Shown one piece after another: positions 22,233 through 32,904 of a DNA stretch of 64,000 bases (the first letter of the stretch is position 1; the number at the start of each line of letters is the position of its first letter). The stretch is from the NCBI GenBank assembly GCA_963726455.1, contig CAVSCK010000003.1, positions 608,001 through 672,000 on the forward strand, given 5' to 3'. The notes beneath the pieces are model-generated. The model saw only the letters and a list, made by a program, of their open reading frames with translations. It ran no database searches and was not told the DNA's origin. The position numbers were made by a program, and so were the translations under genes. This stretch comes from an uncultured bacterium. GTDB taxonomy: Bacteria > Zixibacteria > MSB-5A5 > CAIYYT01.

Positions 22233-23327
22233 ATGAAAAAGATTGTTCTGGGAGTAATAGTCCTGGCCGTGGTCGTGGTGGTGATCGTACTCGCCTTCGG
22301 CAACGGCAAATCAAGCAAGCAAAGCGATATCAAACTTGCCAAGGTCGAGCGCGGCGAGATCATCGAAAAAGCGATGGCGATCGGCACCATCCAGCCCTAC
22401 CGCGAAATCCAGGTCAAATCCAAAATCTCCGGCATCGTTAAGAAACTTTACGTCGAGATCGGCGACTCGGTCAAGGAAGGCGCCCTGTTGTTGGACATTG
22501 CTCCGCAGCCGACACCGATGGAATTCACCGAGGCCAAACGCGCGGTGGAAATCGCGCAGGTCAATTTCGACAATAGCAAATTGACTTATGACCGCAGCAA
22601 GGAACTGCACGACAAACAGCTTATTTCCGATTCCGAATACGACCAGCGCAAGACCGAATATGATCAAAGCCAACTGCAACTCAGACTGGCTCAAGAGAGG
22701 TTACAACTGACGGAGCAGGGATCGCTCAAGACTGCCAATCTGAGTGTAGAAAGCACCGTCCGTTCTCCCATCACGGGTTCGGTGCTTTCGAAAAATGTCA
22801 ACGAGGGTGATCCGGTTGTGCCCCTCACATCCTATCAGGATGGTACGGCGCTGATCACCCTCGCTGATATGCACGACCTGATCTTCCGTGGCACCGTTGA
22901 TGAAATCGACGTCGGCAAGCTTAAAGAAGGCATGCCGGTGACGATCAAGATCGGCGCCCTTCCCAACGACACAGTGTCCGGCTCGCTCTACAAGATTTCC
23001 CCCAAGGCACGCAAGCAGGAACAGGCGACGGTCTTTGATGTCGAAGTCAAACTGCCCAATTCCGAAAAGACCCGTCTGCGCGCGGGTTATTCCGCCAATG
23101 CCGAAATCATCATCAAACAGGCAAAAGACATCCTGACTATTCCCGAACGCGTGGTAGACTTCCGAGGCGACTCGGCGTTTGTGATGGTGCAGGACTCGAT
23201 GGGCAAACAGGAACGCCGCTTTGTGGAAACCGGACTGTCGGACGGAATAACCATCGAAGTCACCAAGGGCGTGAAAGAAGGCGAAACTATCGCCGAGAAG
23301 CCGGTCAAGAAGGGCATGTTTGAGTGA
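22233..23327 (+). CDS. MacA-like periplasmic adaptor (membrane fusion protein)
   Basis: N-terminal TM, VKSKISG..V..GD.V, coiled coil, VRSPITG and GLSDG. Confidence 0.9.
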   Translation: MKKIVLGVIVLAVVVVVIVLAFGNGKSSKQSDIKLAKVERGEIIEKAMAIGTIQPYREIQVKSKISGIVKKLYVEIGDSVKEGALLLDIAPQPTPMEFTEAKRAVEIAQVNFDNSKLTYDRSKELHDKQLISDSEYDQRKTEYDQSQLQLRLAQERLQLTEQGSLKTANLSVESTVRSPITGSVLSKNVNEGDPVVPLTSYQDGTALITLADMHDLIFRGTVDEIDVGKLKEGMPVTIKIGALPNDTVSGSLYKISPKARKQEQATVFDVEVKLPNSEKTRLRAGYSANAEIIIKQAKDILTIPERVVDFRGDSAFVMVQDSMGKQERRFVETGLSDGITIEVTKGVKEGETIAEKPVKKGMFE

Positions 23328-24559
23328 CCTCGATCACCCTCTATCTCAAGCAGTTCCTGCATGACCTGCAGGCACAAAAACTGCGAACTTTCCTGACTTT
23401 GATCGGGCTCACCTGGGGCACAGTTACAGTCATTTGCCTGCTGGCATTTGGCTATGGCATGCAGAAACAACAGGAAGAGTCCTTCAAAGGTCTGGGCGAT
23501 GACATTGTGATCATGTGGGCGTCGCGTACCAGCAAACCGTTCGCGGGCTACCCCAAAGGGCGCTGGTTTGGATTCCAGCAATCCGATGTCGACGCACTCA
23601 AAAAGAATGTCTCCGAACTTGAGTATGTCTCGGGCGAATATCAACGTTACAGCGCCTCGGTCCGTTATGGCCGCCGCTCCAAACTAATTCAGATATCGGG
23701 CGTCAGTCCTGAGTTTTCGTCGATGCGCACGATTGTACCCGAATACGGAGGCCGTTTCCTCGACGAAGAAGACCTTAACAACAAGAAGCGCACCATTTTC
23801 ATCGGCAACGAACTTCGCGACGAAATCTTCGGCGAGAATTTCGATCCCGTGGGCAAAATCCTGCTTGTCGATGATGTCCCGTTCACGGTCGTCGGCGTCA
23901 TGGTGAAAAAACCGCAGGATTCGTCATACAGCGGCCGCGACAAGGACAAGGGATTCATACCGATCACGACATTTCAGACCAAGTATGGTAACCGCTATCT
24001 CGAGAACATCGTGTGGAAAGCCAACGACCTGACCGTGCATCCAGTCGCCAAGGAACGCATTCGCGAAGTGCTGGCCGCGAAGAATAAATTTGATCCCACC
24101 GATACTGAAGTCCTGATGATGTGGGACACCGTGGAAAGCAATCAGTTCCTGCTGTTCTTCGTCGCCGTCCGCTGGTTCGTCGGCTTTGTCGGCTTCATGA
24201 CTTTGCTCGTGGGTGGCATCGGCCTGGCAAATATCATGTATGTCGTCGTCGAGGAGCGCACCAAAGAAATCGGCGTGAAGATGGCTCTCGGCGCTAAGAA
24301 GCGATTTGTGCTGATGGGATTTATCTTCGAGACCCTGCTGCTGACTGCCATCGGTGGCGGCGCCGGTTATGGCATTGCTTCCGGCATCATAACCGTGGCA
24401 TCCAAGTTCAATTTGAAGGATTACATCGGCGTACCCGGATTGTCCAGCTTCGACAAACTAACAGTCATCGCAATCCTCGGCCTCATCGGCGTTCTCGCTG
24501 CTTATTTCCCGGCTCGTCGCGCTGCTAACATGAACCCCGTCCAGGCGCTGAAACTGTAA
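23324..24559 (+). CDS. MacB/FtsX-like ABC permease
   Basis: RTFLTLIG, GRFL, GGIGLANIM..VEERTKEIG and PARRAA. Confidence 0.9.
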   Translation: MTSITLYLKQFLHDLQAQKLRTFLTLIGLTWGTVTVICLLAFGYGMQKQQEESFKGLGDDIVIMWASRTSKPFAGYPKGRWFGFQQSDVDALKKNVSELEYVSGEYQRYSASVRYGRRSKLIQISGVSPEFSSMRTIVPEYGGRFLDEEDLNNKKRTIFIGNELRDEIFGENFDPVGKILLVDDVPFTVVGVMVKKPQDSSYSGRDKDKGFIPITTFQTKYGNRYLENIVWKANDLTVHPVAKERIREVLAAKNKFDPTDTEVLMMWDTVESNQFLLFFVAVRWFVGFVGFMTLLVGGIGLANIMYVVVEERTKEIGVKMALGAKKRFVLMGFIFETLLLTAIGGGAGYGIASGIITVASKFNLKDYIGVPGLSSFDKLTVIAILGLIGVLAAYFPARRAANMNPVQALKL

Positions 24560-24571
24560 AGGACGCGACCA

Positions 24572-25822
24572 ATGATGCAATCTCTCTTATTCGTCCGGTT
24601 GTTTTGGCGCGACTTCAAAGCCAACAAGAAGCGCATGTCGCTGACCCTGCTGGCGGTTCTCTGGGGCACGCTTTCGATCGTACTGTTGCTGGCGTTTTCG
24701 GAAGGCATCAAGCGAGAGTTCGCGAAGAATCAGGCCGGATTGGGCGAAGGAATTGTCATCATCTGGGGCGGCCAGACCACGATTCCTTATGAGGGCCTCG
24801 GCAAGGGGAGGCCGATTCGTTTCTATCCGGAAGACCTGGAGGAAATTCAAAAGCTGATCCCCGAAATCGAAAAAGTCGGGGCCGAATATAACATGTGGGG
24901 CACTTCCATCTCGTACAAGAAGAAATCCGTTTCCCAACGTGTTAACGGGGTGTTTCCCAGTTACGAGACCATGCGGGCGCATTGGGCCAAACCAGGCGGC
25001 CGCTTTATCAATCAGATTGATATGGAGAATCGTCGCCGCGTCACCTATTTGGGAACGAAATTGTCAGAAGATCTTTTTGGCAATGAAGATCCGGTCGGGA
25101 AAATGGTAACGATCAACAATATCCCCTTCACCGTCATCGGGGTGATGGAAAAGAAACAGCAGATGGGGATGTACAACGGCCCGGATGATTCCAAGGCAAC
25201 CATTCCCGCGACGACTTTTTCCGCAATCTATGGCTGGCTGCAATACGACAACATCGTCGTGAAACCCAAAGACGTCAACCAGGTGGAATTGGTCAAACAG
25301 CGGCTGTATGAAGTCATCGGCAAACGTCAGAAGTTCGACCCGAAGGACAAGAGTGCCCTGTCGATCTGGGACGTGATCGAAGGCCAGAAGATGATGGACA
25401 AGATCATGCTCGGGCTGCAATTCTTCTTCGGTATTATGGGATTCTTCTCGCTGTCAATCGCCGGCGTCGGTGTCGCGAATATCATGTATGCGGCGGTCAA
25501 AGAACGCACCACTGAGATCGGCGTCAAAATGGCACTGGGCGCCAAAAAGCGCCAGATCATGGGACAATTCGTATTGGAAGCGGTTTTGATAGCCGCGATT
25601 GGTGGTGGACTGGGACTAATCCTGGCGCAGTCTGCCTGCACGGCTTTCAAAAGTGTCAATCTCAATAATGAAGTTCTGACCTGGCTGGGCAAGCCAACGA
25701 TTTCGACCGTTATCGGCATTGTTACCGTGACAATCCTGACCCTGATCGGACTGGTCTCGGGCTTCTTCCCTGCCAGACGTGCCGCGTCAATCAGCCCCGT
25801 GGAGGCGCTACGTTATGAATAG
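24572..25822 (+). CDS. MacB/FtsX-like ABC permease (second paralogue)
   Basis: GVGVANIM..VKERTTEIG and PARRAASISPVEALRYE. Confidence 0.9.
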   Translation: MMQSLLFVRLFWRDFKANKKRMSLTLLAVLWGTLSIVLLLAFSEGIKREFAKNQAGLGEGIVIIWGGQTTIPYEGLGKGRPIRFYPEDLEEIQKLIPEIEKVGAEYNMWGTSISYKKKSVSQRVNGVFPSYETMRAHWAKPGGRFINQIDMENRRRVTYLGTKLSEDLFGNEDPVGKMVTINNIPFTVIGVMEKKQQMGMYNGPDDSKATIPATTFSAIYGWLQYDNIVVKPKDVNQVELVKQRLYEVIGKRQKFDPKDKSALSIWDVIEGQKMMDKIMLGLQFFFGIMGFFSLSIAGVGVANIMYAAVKERTTEIGVKMALGAKKRQIMGQFVLEAVLIAAIGGGLGLILAQSACTAFKSVNLNNEVLTWLGKPTISTVIGIVTVTILTLIGLVSGFFPARRAASISPVEALRYE

Positions 25823-25843
25823 GCAATCATTCACAGCTTGTGG

Positions 25844-25897
25844 TCTAGCCCCTTGTGGGCGTTTCCGTTGCATTCTAGCCCCTTGTGGGCGTTTCCG
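25844..25897. repeat. Tandem 24-bp direct repeat, 30-bp period
   Basis: TCTAGCCCCTTGTGGGCGTTTCCG at 25844-25867 and 25874-25897. Confidence 0.85.
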
Positions 25898-25909
25898 AGG
25901 TGATAAATC

Positions 25910-26602
25910 ATGATCATTATGAAAGGCATTCGCAAAATTTACGACACCGGCAAAATCCGTGTCGAAGCGCTCAAAGGGCTTGACCTGCATCTGGAAGCCG
26001 GCGAGTTTGTCAGTATTGTTGGACCATCCGGCTCGGGCAAATCAACTCTGATGAACATTTGCGGTTGCCTCGACATCCCCTCAGAAGGAGAATTCGTTCT
26101 CGACGGTGAACGCGTCGACACTTTCGATCACAATCAGCTTGCCGAAGTGCGCAATCACAAAATCGGATTCGTATTCCAGAACTTCAATTTGCTGGCTTAC
26201 GCAACCGCCTACGAAAACGTCGAACTCCCTCTGATCTTCGCCGGCGCTCCCACCAAAGTTCGTAAAGAGCGCGTCACGATGCTGCTGTCGCGTGTCGGTC
26301 TCGGCGACCGCATGGATCACAAACCGACAGAGTTGTCCGGTGGTGAGATGCAGCGCGTCGCCATTGCCCGCGCCCTAGCCAACAGTCCCAAGCTGGTGCT
26401 GGCCGATGAACCGACCGGCAACCTCGATAGTAAGTCGGGGCGCGAAATCATTGATATCTTCGAGGAACTCTGGAAATCAGGAACGACCATCCTGATGATT
26501 ACTCACGACCCCAATATCGCGAAGCGCACCAAGCGCACCATATTGCTCAAGGATGGCAACATAGTCCATTCGCTCAATGGCAACGGGAACGGCGAGCATT
26601 AG
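25910..26602 (+). CDS. ABC transporter ATP-binding protein (MacB/LolD-like)
   Basis: [16 protein letters not shown] and ADEPTGNLD. Confidence 0.95.
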   Translation: MIIMKGIRKIYDTGKIRVEALKGLDLHLEAGEFVSIVGPSGSGKSTLMNICGCLDIPSEGEFVLDGERVDTFDHNQLAEVRNHKIGFVFQNFNLLAYATAYENVELPLIFAGAPTKVRKERVTMLLSRVGLGDRMDHKPTELSGGEMQRVAIARALANSPKLVLADEPTGNLDSKSGREIIDIFEELWKSGTTILMITHDPNIAKRTKRTILLKDGNIVHSLNGNGNGEH

Positions 26603-26642
26603 ACAGACTGTTCCCGGTGCTACCCCCCCGACAAATAGTAGC

Positions 26643-26668
26643 GCCGTCAGGAATCCTTTCCTGACGGC
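26643..26668 (+). terminator. Hairpin (terminator or REP-like) after the ABC operon
   Basis: GCCGTCAGGAA-tcct-TTCCTGACGGC. Confidence 0.55.
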
Positions 26669-26763
26669 ATTCTTGTATTGTATGATGTGTGCTTCAGTCA
26701 TCCTCGCCTGCCGCGACCGAATAACCCCTTTCGTCTCACCGTTATTCCGCGTATAATCCCCCC

Positions 26764-27321
26764 ATGCCTATTCGCATCATTGCCGGTGAACGGCGCGGAT
26801 TGATTCTCAAGACCGTCGAATTCGAGGGTTTCCGGCCGACTCTGGCCAGAGTCCGGGAGTCGCTCTTCGGAATCTTGACGCCGATAATCGAAGGCGCCCG
26901 CGTTCTCGATTTGTTTGCCGGATCGGGTGCGCTAGGATTGGAGGCCATCTCTCGCGGGGCGGCTTCGGTATTGTTCGTGGACGATAACCGCTACGCAATC
27001 AAAACGATAGAGGCCAACGTCGCCAAGTGCCGCTGGCAGGATCGCTGCCGCGCCTTCCTCGGCGACTATGCCGATGCCGGAAAAAGGGTTGCGCGCGGCG
27101 AGCAATTTGATTTAGTTTTCGCCGATCCACCCTATCTGCAGGGTTACCCGCAGCGGGTGGTCGACCATCTCAAAAGCGGCAACCTGCTTGCAGCCGAGGG
27201 GGTTGTCTGTATGGAGATGGACGGGCATGAAACGAAGGATTTGGATATCACCGGATTTCGGCTGATTCGCGACAAGAAATACGGCAACACGGTGATCTGG
27301 ATTCTCAGGAGGGATTTCTGA
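26764..27321 (+). CDS. rsmD: 16S rRNA m2G966 methyltransferase
   Basis: RIIAG, RPT..RVRESLF, LDLFAGSGALGLEA and DPPY. Confidence 0.93.
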   Translation: MPIRIIAGERRGLILKTVEFEGFRPTLARVRESLFGILTPIIEGARVLDLFAGSGALGLEAISRGAASVLFVDDNRYAIKTIEANVAKCRWQDRCRAFLGDYADAGKRVARGEQFDLVFADPPYLQGYPQRVVDHLKSGNLLAAEGVVCMEMDGHETKDLDITGFRLIRDKKYGNTVIWILRRDF

Positions 27322-27800
27322 AACGCGCTGTCTATCCGGGTAGCTTCGACCCGATCACCAATGGTCATGTGGACCTGGTCAAAAGAGCGGCCATGCTGTT
27401 CGATGAGGTGTTGGTGGCGATCGCCGACAACCCGAACAAGCAGGCACTCTTCTCCCACGCTGAGCGTATGGAAATGGCCCAGCAATCGCTGCTCGACGTT
27501 CCGACTGCAAAAGTCATCGTCTTCCGGGGACTGCTGGCTGACCTTTACAAGAAAGAAGGCTGCTCTGCGATCATTCGCGGTCTGAGAGCCGTTAGCGATT
27601 TTGAATACGAGTTCCAGATGGCCCTGATGAACCGCAAACAATTACGCGGCGTAGAAACCGTGTTTCTCATGCCGTCCTTGCGCTGGGTCTACTTGAGTTC
27701 GAATCTTATCAAAGAGGTGGCCCGGCATAATGGCGCCATCAAAGACCTGGTGCCGGAAGTCGTCTACCGCAAATTGAAAGCCGCCTTCGGTCACCCGTAA
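27318..27800 (+). CDS. coaD: Pantetheine-phosphate adenylyltransferase (apparent CTG start)
   Basis: In-frame extension upstream of the ORF-track start reads KRAVYPGSFDPITNGH; RGLRAVSDFEYE; AGGAGG SD 5 nt before CTG. Confidence 0.95.
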   Translation: MKRAVYPGSFDPITNGHVDLVKRAAMLFDEVLVAIADNPNKQALFSHAERMEMAQQSLLDVPTAKVIVFRGLLADLYKKEGCSAIIRGLRAVSDFEYEFQMALMNRKQLRGVETVFLMPSLRWVYLSSNLIKEVARHNGAIKDLVPEVVYRKLKAAFGHP

Positions 27801-27850
27801 ACGCTCAGCCAATCCTCGACTCGGAATGGATTGCACAGGAAGGACACTTA

Positions 27851-29318
27851 GTGAGCGACAATATCGCTGATCAACATCACGTAAGAATACAGAAGCTGCA
27901 AGCGCTGCGTGAAGCGGGTATCGAACCGTTCGCCTATCGCTTCGCCAAAACGCACAACACTCAACAGCTCCTCGCCAACTTCGACGCCATGGTTGCGTCC
28001 GGCGAATCGGTCAGTCTTGCCGGCCGGCTTAATGACGATCAGGGTCATGGGCAAGTCAGTGTTCGCTCACATGCAGGATGAGTTTGGACAAGTCCAGATT
28101 TACGTCAAGAAGGATAACGTATCCGAGGACGCCTGGAAGCTCTTTGACAAGGCCGACATCGGCGACATCTTCGGCGTCAGCGGCACACTGTTCGTCACGC
28201 ATAAAGGCGAACGCAGTATTGCCGTCAAAGAACTGGCGTTGCTCGCCAAAAGTTTGCGTCCGCTTCCGGAAAAATGGCACGGCCTTCAGGACAAGGAAAC
28301 CCGCTATCGCCGGCGCTACCTGGACATGATCGCCAATCCCGAAGTCAAAGAAATCTTCCGCAAACGCAGCCAGCTTATCCGTGCCGTGCGTGACTTCCTC
28401 GATGACGAGGGATTTCTCGAAGTCGAAACTCCGGTGCTGCAGCCAATCTACGGCGGCGCCGCTGCCAAGCCATTTGTCACACACCATAATAAGCTCGATG
28501 TTGATCTCTATATGCGCGTGGCCGACGAGCTTTATCTCAAGCGCCTGATTGTCGGCGGATTCGAAAAAGTGTGGGAATTCTGCAAGGATTTCCGCAATGA
28601 AGGCATGGATCGCAATCACAATCCCGAATTCACTATGGTCGAATTGTATTGGGCGTACGCCGACTACAATGACGTGATGGATCTCTATCAGCGCATGATA
28701 TTATCAGTCGCCCAACGTGTCCTCGGAAACACAACTCTCCAATTTGAAGATCACACCATCGAACTTGCCGGCGACTGGAAACGAATTCGCCTCCTCGACA
28801 GTATCAAAGATGCCGTGGGTGAGGACATTTCCGCGATGAGCGAGCCAGATTTGCGAAAGTTTTGCGAACGCATCGGCGTCAAGGTTGAAGGCGTGGTCGG
28901 CAAGGGCAAATTGATTGACGAGCTCTTCAGCGAACGCGTCGAACCGCATCTGATTCAACCGACATTCATCACCGATTACCCGGTCGAACTCTCACCTTTG
29001 GCCAAACCGCACCGCTCGATGCCGGGCCTTACGGAAAGATTCGAGGTGTTCATAGCCGGGATGGAATTGGGCAATGCCTTTAGCGAATTAAATGACCCGA
29101 TCGACCAAAAGGAACGGTTCCTCCGTCTGATCGAGATGGCTAAAGCGGGTGACGAAGAGGCCCCCGCAGTCCTCGATGAAGACTATATTTTCTGCCTCGA
29201 ACATGGCATGCCCCCGACCGGCGGCCTCGGATTTGGTATCGATCGCCTCGCGATGCTGCTCTTAAATCAGCACTCAATTCGCGATGTCATTCTCTTCCCT
29301 CAAATGAAACCGGAGTAG
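27851..29318 (+). CDS. lysS: Lysine--tRNA ligase class II (one frameshift near 28030)
   Basis: N-part ..VSLAGRL joins MTIRVMGK..; RYRRRYLD, FRNEG..HNPEF and GMPPTGGLGFGIDR. Confidence 0.95.
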
Positions 29319-29320
29319 AC

Positions 29321-30548
29321 TTGGGATTCGAAATATTCATTGCCAGACGCTATCTCAAGAGCCGGCGGCGTGAAAACTTCATCTCGTTCATCTCCCTGAT
29401 TTCCATTGTAGGCATCGCTATCGGCGTCGCCACACTCGATTTTGTGCTGTCGATGATGAACGGCTTTGAGACCGAAATCCGCCAGCGAATTATCAATACT
29501 ACCGCGCATATAACGGTTTACACGTACAACGGCGAAGGATTCTCCGACTGGCAGTCATTGGCACAACAAGTGCAGCAGGTACCGGGCGTCATCGGCATGG
29601 CGCCGAATATCTTCTACAAATCCGTCATTGGGTCTGATCAGGCCAATGATGGAGTCTTTGTTAAGGGGATCATTCCCGATGAGGAAGTCAAGGTTTCTAC
29701 TCTGAAAAATAGCATCGTAGCTGGCAAACTTATGTTCGAAGAACCGAACGACAGCTTTCCCGGCATCATTATAGGAAGGGAATTAGCGTCGACTTTGGGA
29801 GTCAAGCTCAAGGATGAAGTCGTTTTAGCATCTTTGAAGGCAAAGAAAGTTATCGATTACTTTGCAGCCAAAGTATAAACGTTTCCGCGTGACCGGTATT
29901 TTTGAGACAGGAATGAACGAGTATGATGCGAATCTCGTCTATATCTCAATGCCTATGGCACAGGATCTGTTCAATTTGAACGGCCTGGTAACTGGTCTGG
30001 AAGTGAAAGTAAACGATTTCTACCGCTCGCGTGAAATTGCCCGCCAAATCGAAGAACATGTCGGACAACCCTACTACGCCGTTGATTGGTCTGAGCGCCA
30101 CAAGAACCTCTTTGGCTGGATGACCCTCGAAAAATACGGCATGTCGATCGTCGTCGGCCTGATCATCGCCGTCGCCGCCTTCAATATTGTTTCCACACTC
30201 ATTATGCTGGTATTGGAAAAGCGCAAAGATATCGCCATCCTAAAATCAATGGGGTCAACACGTAACCAGGTAATGAAGATCTTCGTATATCAGGGAACGC
30301 TGCTGGGAGTAGTCGGAACGCTGGTAGGGACGGCACTAGGATTCATCGTATGCTGGATACAGGAGACATTCCATCTGGTCTCGATTCCCGGAGAGATTTA
30401 TTTCATCAACACGCTGCCGATAGACACCCGGTTGCATGAGTTTGTTCTGGTGGCTGTGGTCAGCATGTTAATTTCTTTCTTGGCAACACTTTATCCTTCA
30501 CGCCGCGCTTCGTATCTCTTCCCGGCGGACATTCTTCGCCATGGTTAA
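29321..30548 (+). CDS. lolE: Lipoprotein-releasing ABC permease LolC/E (frameshift near 29847)
   Basis: FIARRYL, VLSMMNGF; second frame VTGIFETG..EYD, VAAFNI and DIAILKSMG. Confidence 0.88.
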
Positions 30549-30627
30549 CTATCGGCGTGGTTTGAGGTTAAAGAATCTCGTGTTTGTGGCGACAATTAAG
30601 GTATAGATAGGATACGAGTCAGGCGAA

Positions 30628-31310
30628 TTGGAGAACGTCATCTTAGAGACAAAAGACCTCCAGAAGAGTTTCCCCACCGCAGACGGAGAACTTAAGATTC
30701 TCAGGGGAATCGACCTAACTGTACGCAAGGGGAATTCGTCTCGATCACCGGTGCTTCGGGAGTCGGCAAGAGCACATTGTTGCATCTTTTAGGCGGACTC
30801 GACCGGCCCACTGCCGGCACAATGACGGTGGCGGGCGAAAGAATCGATCAACTGAGCGAGGTACAGCTCTCACAATATCGAAATAAAAGATGCGGATTCG
30901 TATTTCAGTTTCACTACCTTCTTGAAGAGTTCACGGCGCTGGAGAACGTCATGATGCCATTGCTGGTACGTGGCGACTCTCGGAACAAATCAGCAGAGGT
31001 CGCGTTAAAGCTGTTGGAAGAAGTCGGTTTAGGCGACCGATCCGGTCACCGGCCGGCGCAGCTTTCAGGCGGCGAGTGTCAGCGCGCGGCGGTAGCAAGA
31101 GCAATGGTGGGGTCACCGGAGATCTTAATCGCCGATGAACCGACGGGAAATCTGGATCACGAGACTGCTCAGACCCTGCACGACCTCCTCGCGCGCTTGA
31201 ACTGCGATAAGAAAATGACGATTATAGTAGCGACACACGATTTGTCGCTGGCGGAACGCGCTCCGAGGCAGTTCAAGCTGCTCGACGGAGTTCTGGTAGA
31301 AAAGAGTTAA
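30628..31310 (+). CDS. lolD: Lipoprotein-releasing ABC ATPase LolD (missing base in the G run near 30730)
   Basis: TTG start at 30628; ILRGIDLTV joins EFVSITGASGVGKST; FVFQFHYLL and LSGGE. Confidence 0.88.
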
Positions 31311-31315
31311 CGACT

Positions 31316-31834
31316 ATGCTTTGTGAAGACTGCCGGAAACAGGAAGCCACAGTTCACTTCTCACAGGTGGTTAACAACCAGTCAGTGGTTCTCAACCTTT
31401 GTGCCGCCTGCGCGAAAAGACGCGGTTTCTCAAATCCGCTTAAGAATATACCGTTTCCGCTGGCTGACTTCCTGACTTCGATGGTCAGCGAATCTGCGGC
31501 CAAGGCCGACGGCCAGCTTACCGAACTGACTTGCCCAGTTTGCAAGTTGTCGTACGACACCTTTGCCAAAACCGGGCGGCTCGGTTGCGGAAACTGTTTT
31601 GAGGCGTTTCGTCAGCCATTGGCGGACCTATTGCGCAAAATTCATGGTTCCAACCTGCATCGCGGCAAACGCCTTCGCGGCGGCGCCCTGGTGATGGAAC
31701 CGCTCAAAGAAGAGGCGCGGCTGCGGGACGAGCTGAAACGCGCGATTGAATCAGAAGATTTTGAACGCGCCGCCCAGTTGCGCGACTTAGTTAAGGAATT
31801 GCAAGAGAAACTGCAGGCGACTTCAGATGTTTGA
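31316..31834 (+). CDS. mcsA: Protein-arginine kinase activator McsA
   Basis: Four CxxC motifs, GRLGC..C, IHG..H.GK and C-terminal UVR motif EDFERAAQLRD. Confidence 0.92.
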   Translation: MLCEDCRKQEATVHFSQVVNNQSVVLNLCAACAKRRGFSNPLKNIPFPLADFLTSMVSESAAKADGQLTELTCPVCKLSYDTFAKTGRLGCGNCFEAFRQPLADLLRKIHGSNLHRGKRLRGGALVMEPLKEEARLRDELKRAIESEDFERAAQLRDLVKELQEKLQATSDV

Positions 31835-32879
31835 ACAAATGGCGAAAAAAGCAAGCTCGTGGCTAACCGCCGAAGGCGATGAAGCCGCTATCGTAATGTC
31901 GTCCAGAGTGCGTCTGGCCCGCAACATCCGCGGCTTCACCTTCCCGCCCTTCGCCGACGCCGAGACGAGAGACAAGGTTGTTCATTTCGCCCAGGCGGCG
32001 ATCGACAAGAGCAAAGAGTTGGAGAAAGGCAATTTCTTCACTGCTGAGGAAGTCAACGACTTCAATCGCGCGTTCTTGATCGAGCGGCATCTGATTTCTC
32101 CGGAGTTTATGCGCGATCATGACGCGGGAGCACTTTATGTGTCGCCCGACGAGAAGATCGCCATCATGATTAACGAGGAAGATCACATCCGCATCCAGGC
32201 GATCAGCTCCGGCCTGTCGCTAATGGACACGCTGAGTCGCGCGATGAAGATTGATGACGACCTCGCAAACTCTCTGGAATTTGACTACGACACCGACTTC
32301 GGTTTCCTGACATCCTGCCCGACCAACGTCGGCACCGGCCTGCGCGCATCGATACTCATTCATCTGGCCGGCCTGGTATTGACAAAGGAGATCGATTCGG
32401 TTATCGATCACATAAACAAACTCGGGCTGGTCGTACGCGGCTTCTATGGGGAAGGCACCGATGTCTGGGGCAACCTGTTCCAGATTTCGAACCAGACGAC
32501 TCTGGGACGTTCGGAAATGGACATCACGGAGTCACTGGAAAAGATCACCCGGCAGATAATTGAATTCGAAAACAAGTCTCGCGATCGCCTGCTCAGCGAA
32601 GCGCGCGACGAAATTGCGGATAAAATCTGGAGAGCGTACGGCATTCTCAGGCATGCGCGCGTATTAACATCGGAAGAGGTCATGAATCTTCTGAGTGCAG
32701 TACGGCTTGGCGTGGCGCTGGGAATATTGGACAAGGTGTCGATCGGTGTCGTCAACAAGCTCTTGATTCTCAGCCAACCGGCACACCTGCAGAAGTACAT
32801 GGGCGTGGAATTGAGTCCCGGTGACCGTGATGTCGCCCGCGCCAAACTGGTCAGAGACACTCTGGCCGACTTGCCTTAG
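31827..32879 (+). CDS. mcsB: Protein arginine kinase McsB
   Basis: SSRVRLARN, INEEDH, TSCPTNVGTGLRAS and FQISNQ. Confidence 0.95.
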   Translation: MFEQMAKKASSWLTAEGDEAAIVMSSRVRLARNIRGFTFPPFADAETRDKVVHFAQAAIDKSKELEKGNFFTAEEVNDFNRAFLIERHLISPEFMRDHDAGALYVSPDEKIAIMINEEDHIRIQAISSGLSLMDTLSRAMKIDDDLANSLEFDYDTDFGFLTSCPTNVGTGLRASILIHLAGLVLTKEIDSVIDHINKLGLVVRGFYGEGTDVWGNLFQISNQTTLGRSEMDITESLEKITRQIIEFENKSRDRLLSEARDEIADKIWRAYGILRHARVLTSEEVMNLLSAVRLGVALGILDKVSIGVVNKLLILSQPAHLQKYMGVELSPGDRDVARAKLVRDTLADLP

Positions 32880-32904
32880 GAGATTTGACTTAGCGGAGGT
32901 ATAG

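Noticed and set aside
25844-25897. Direct repeats as a mini-CRISPR array
   Set aside because: Only two copies with a 6-bp gap and no cas genes in the window.
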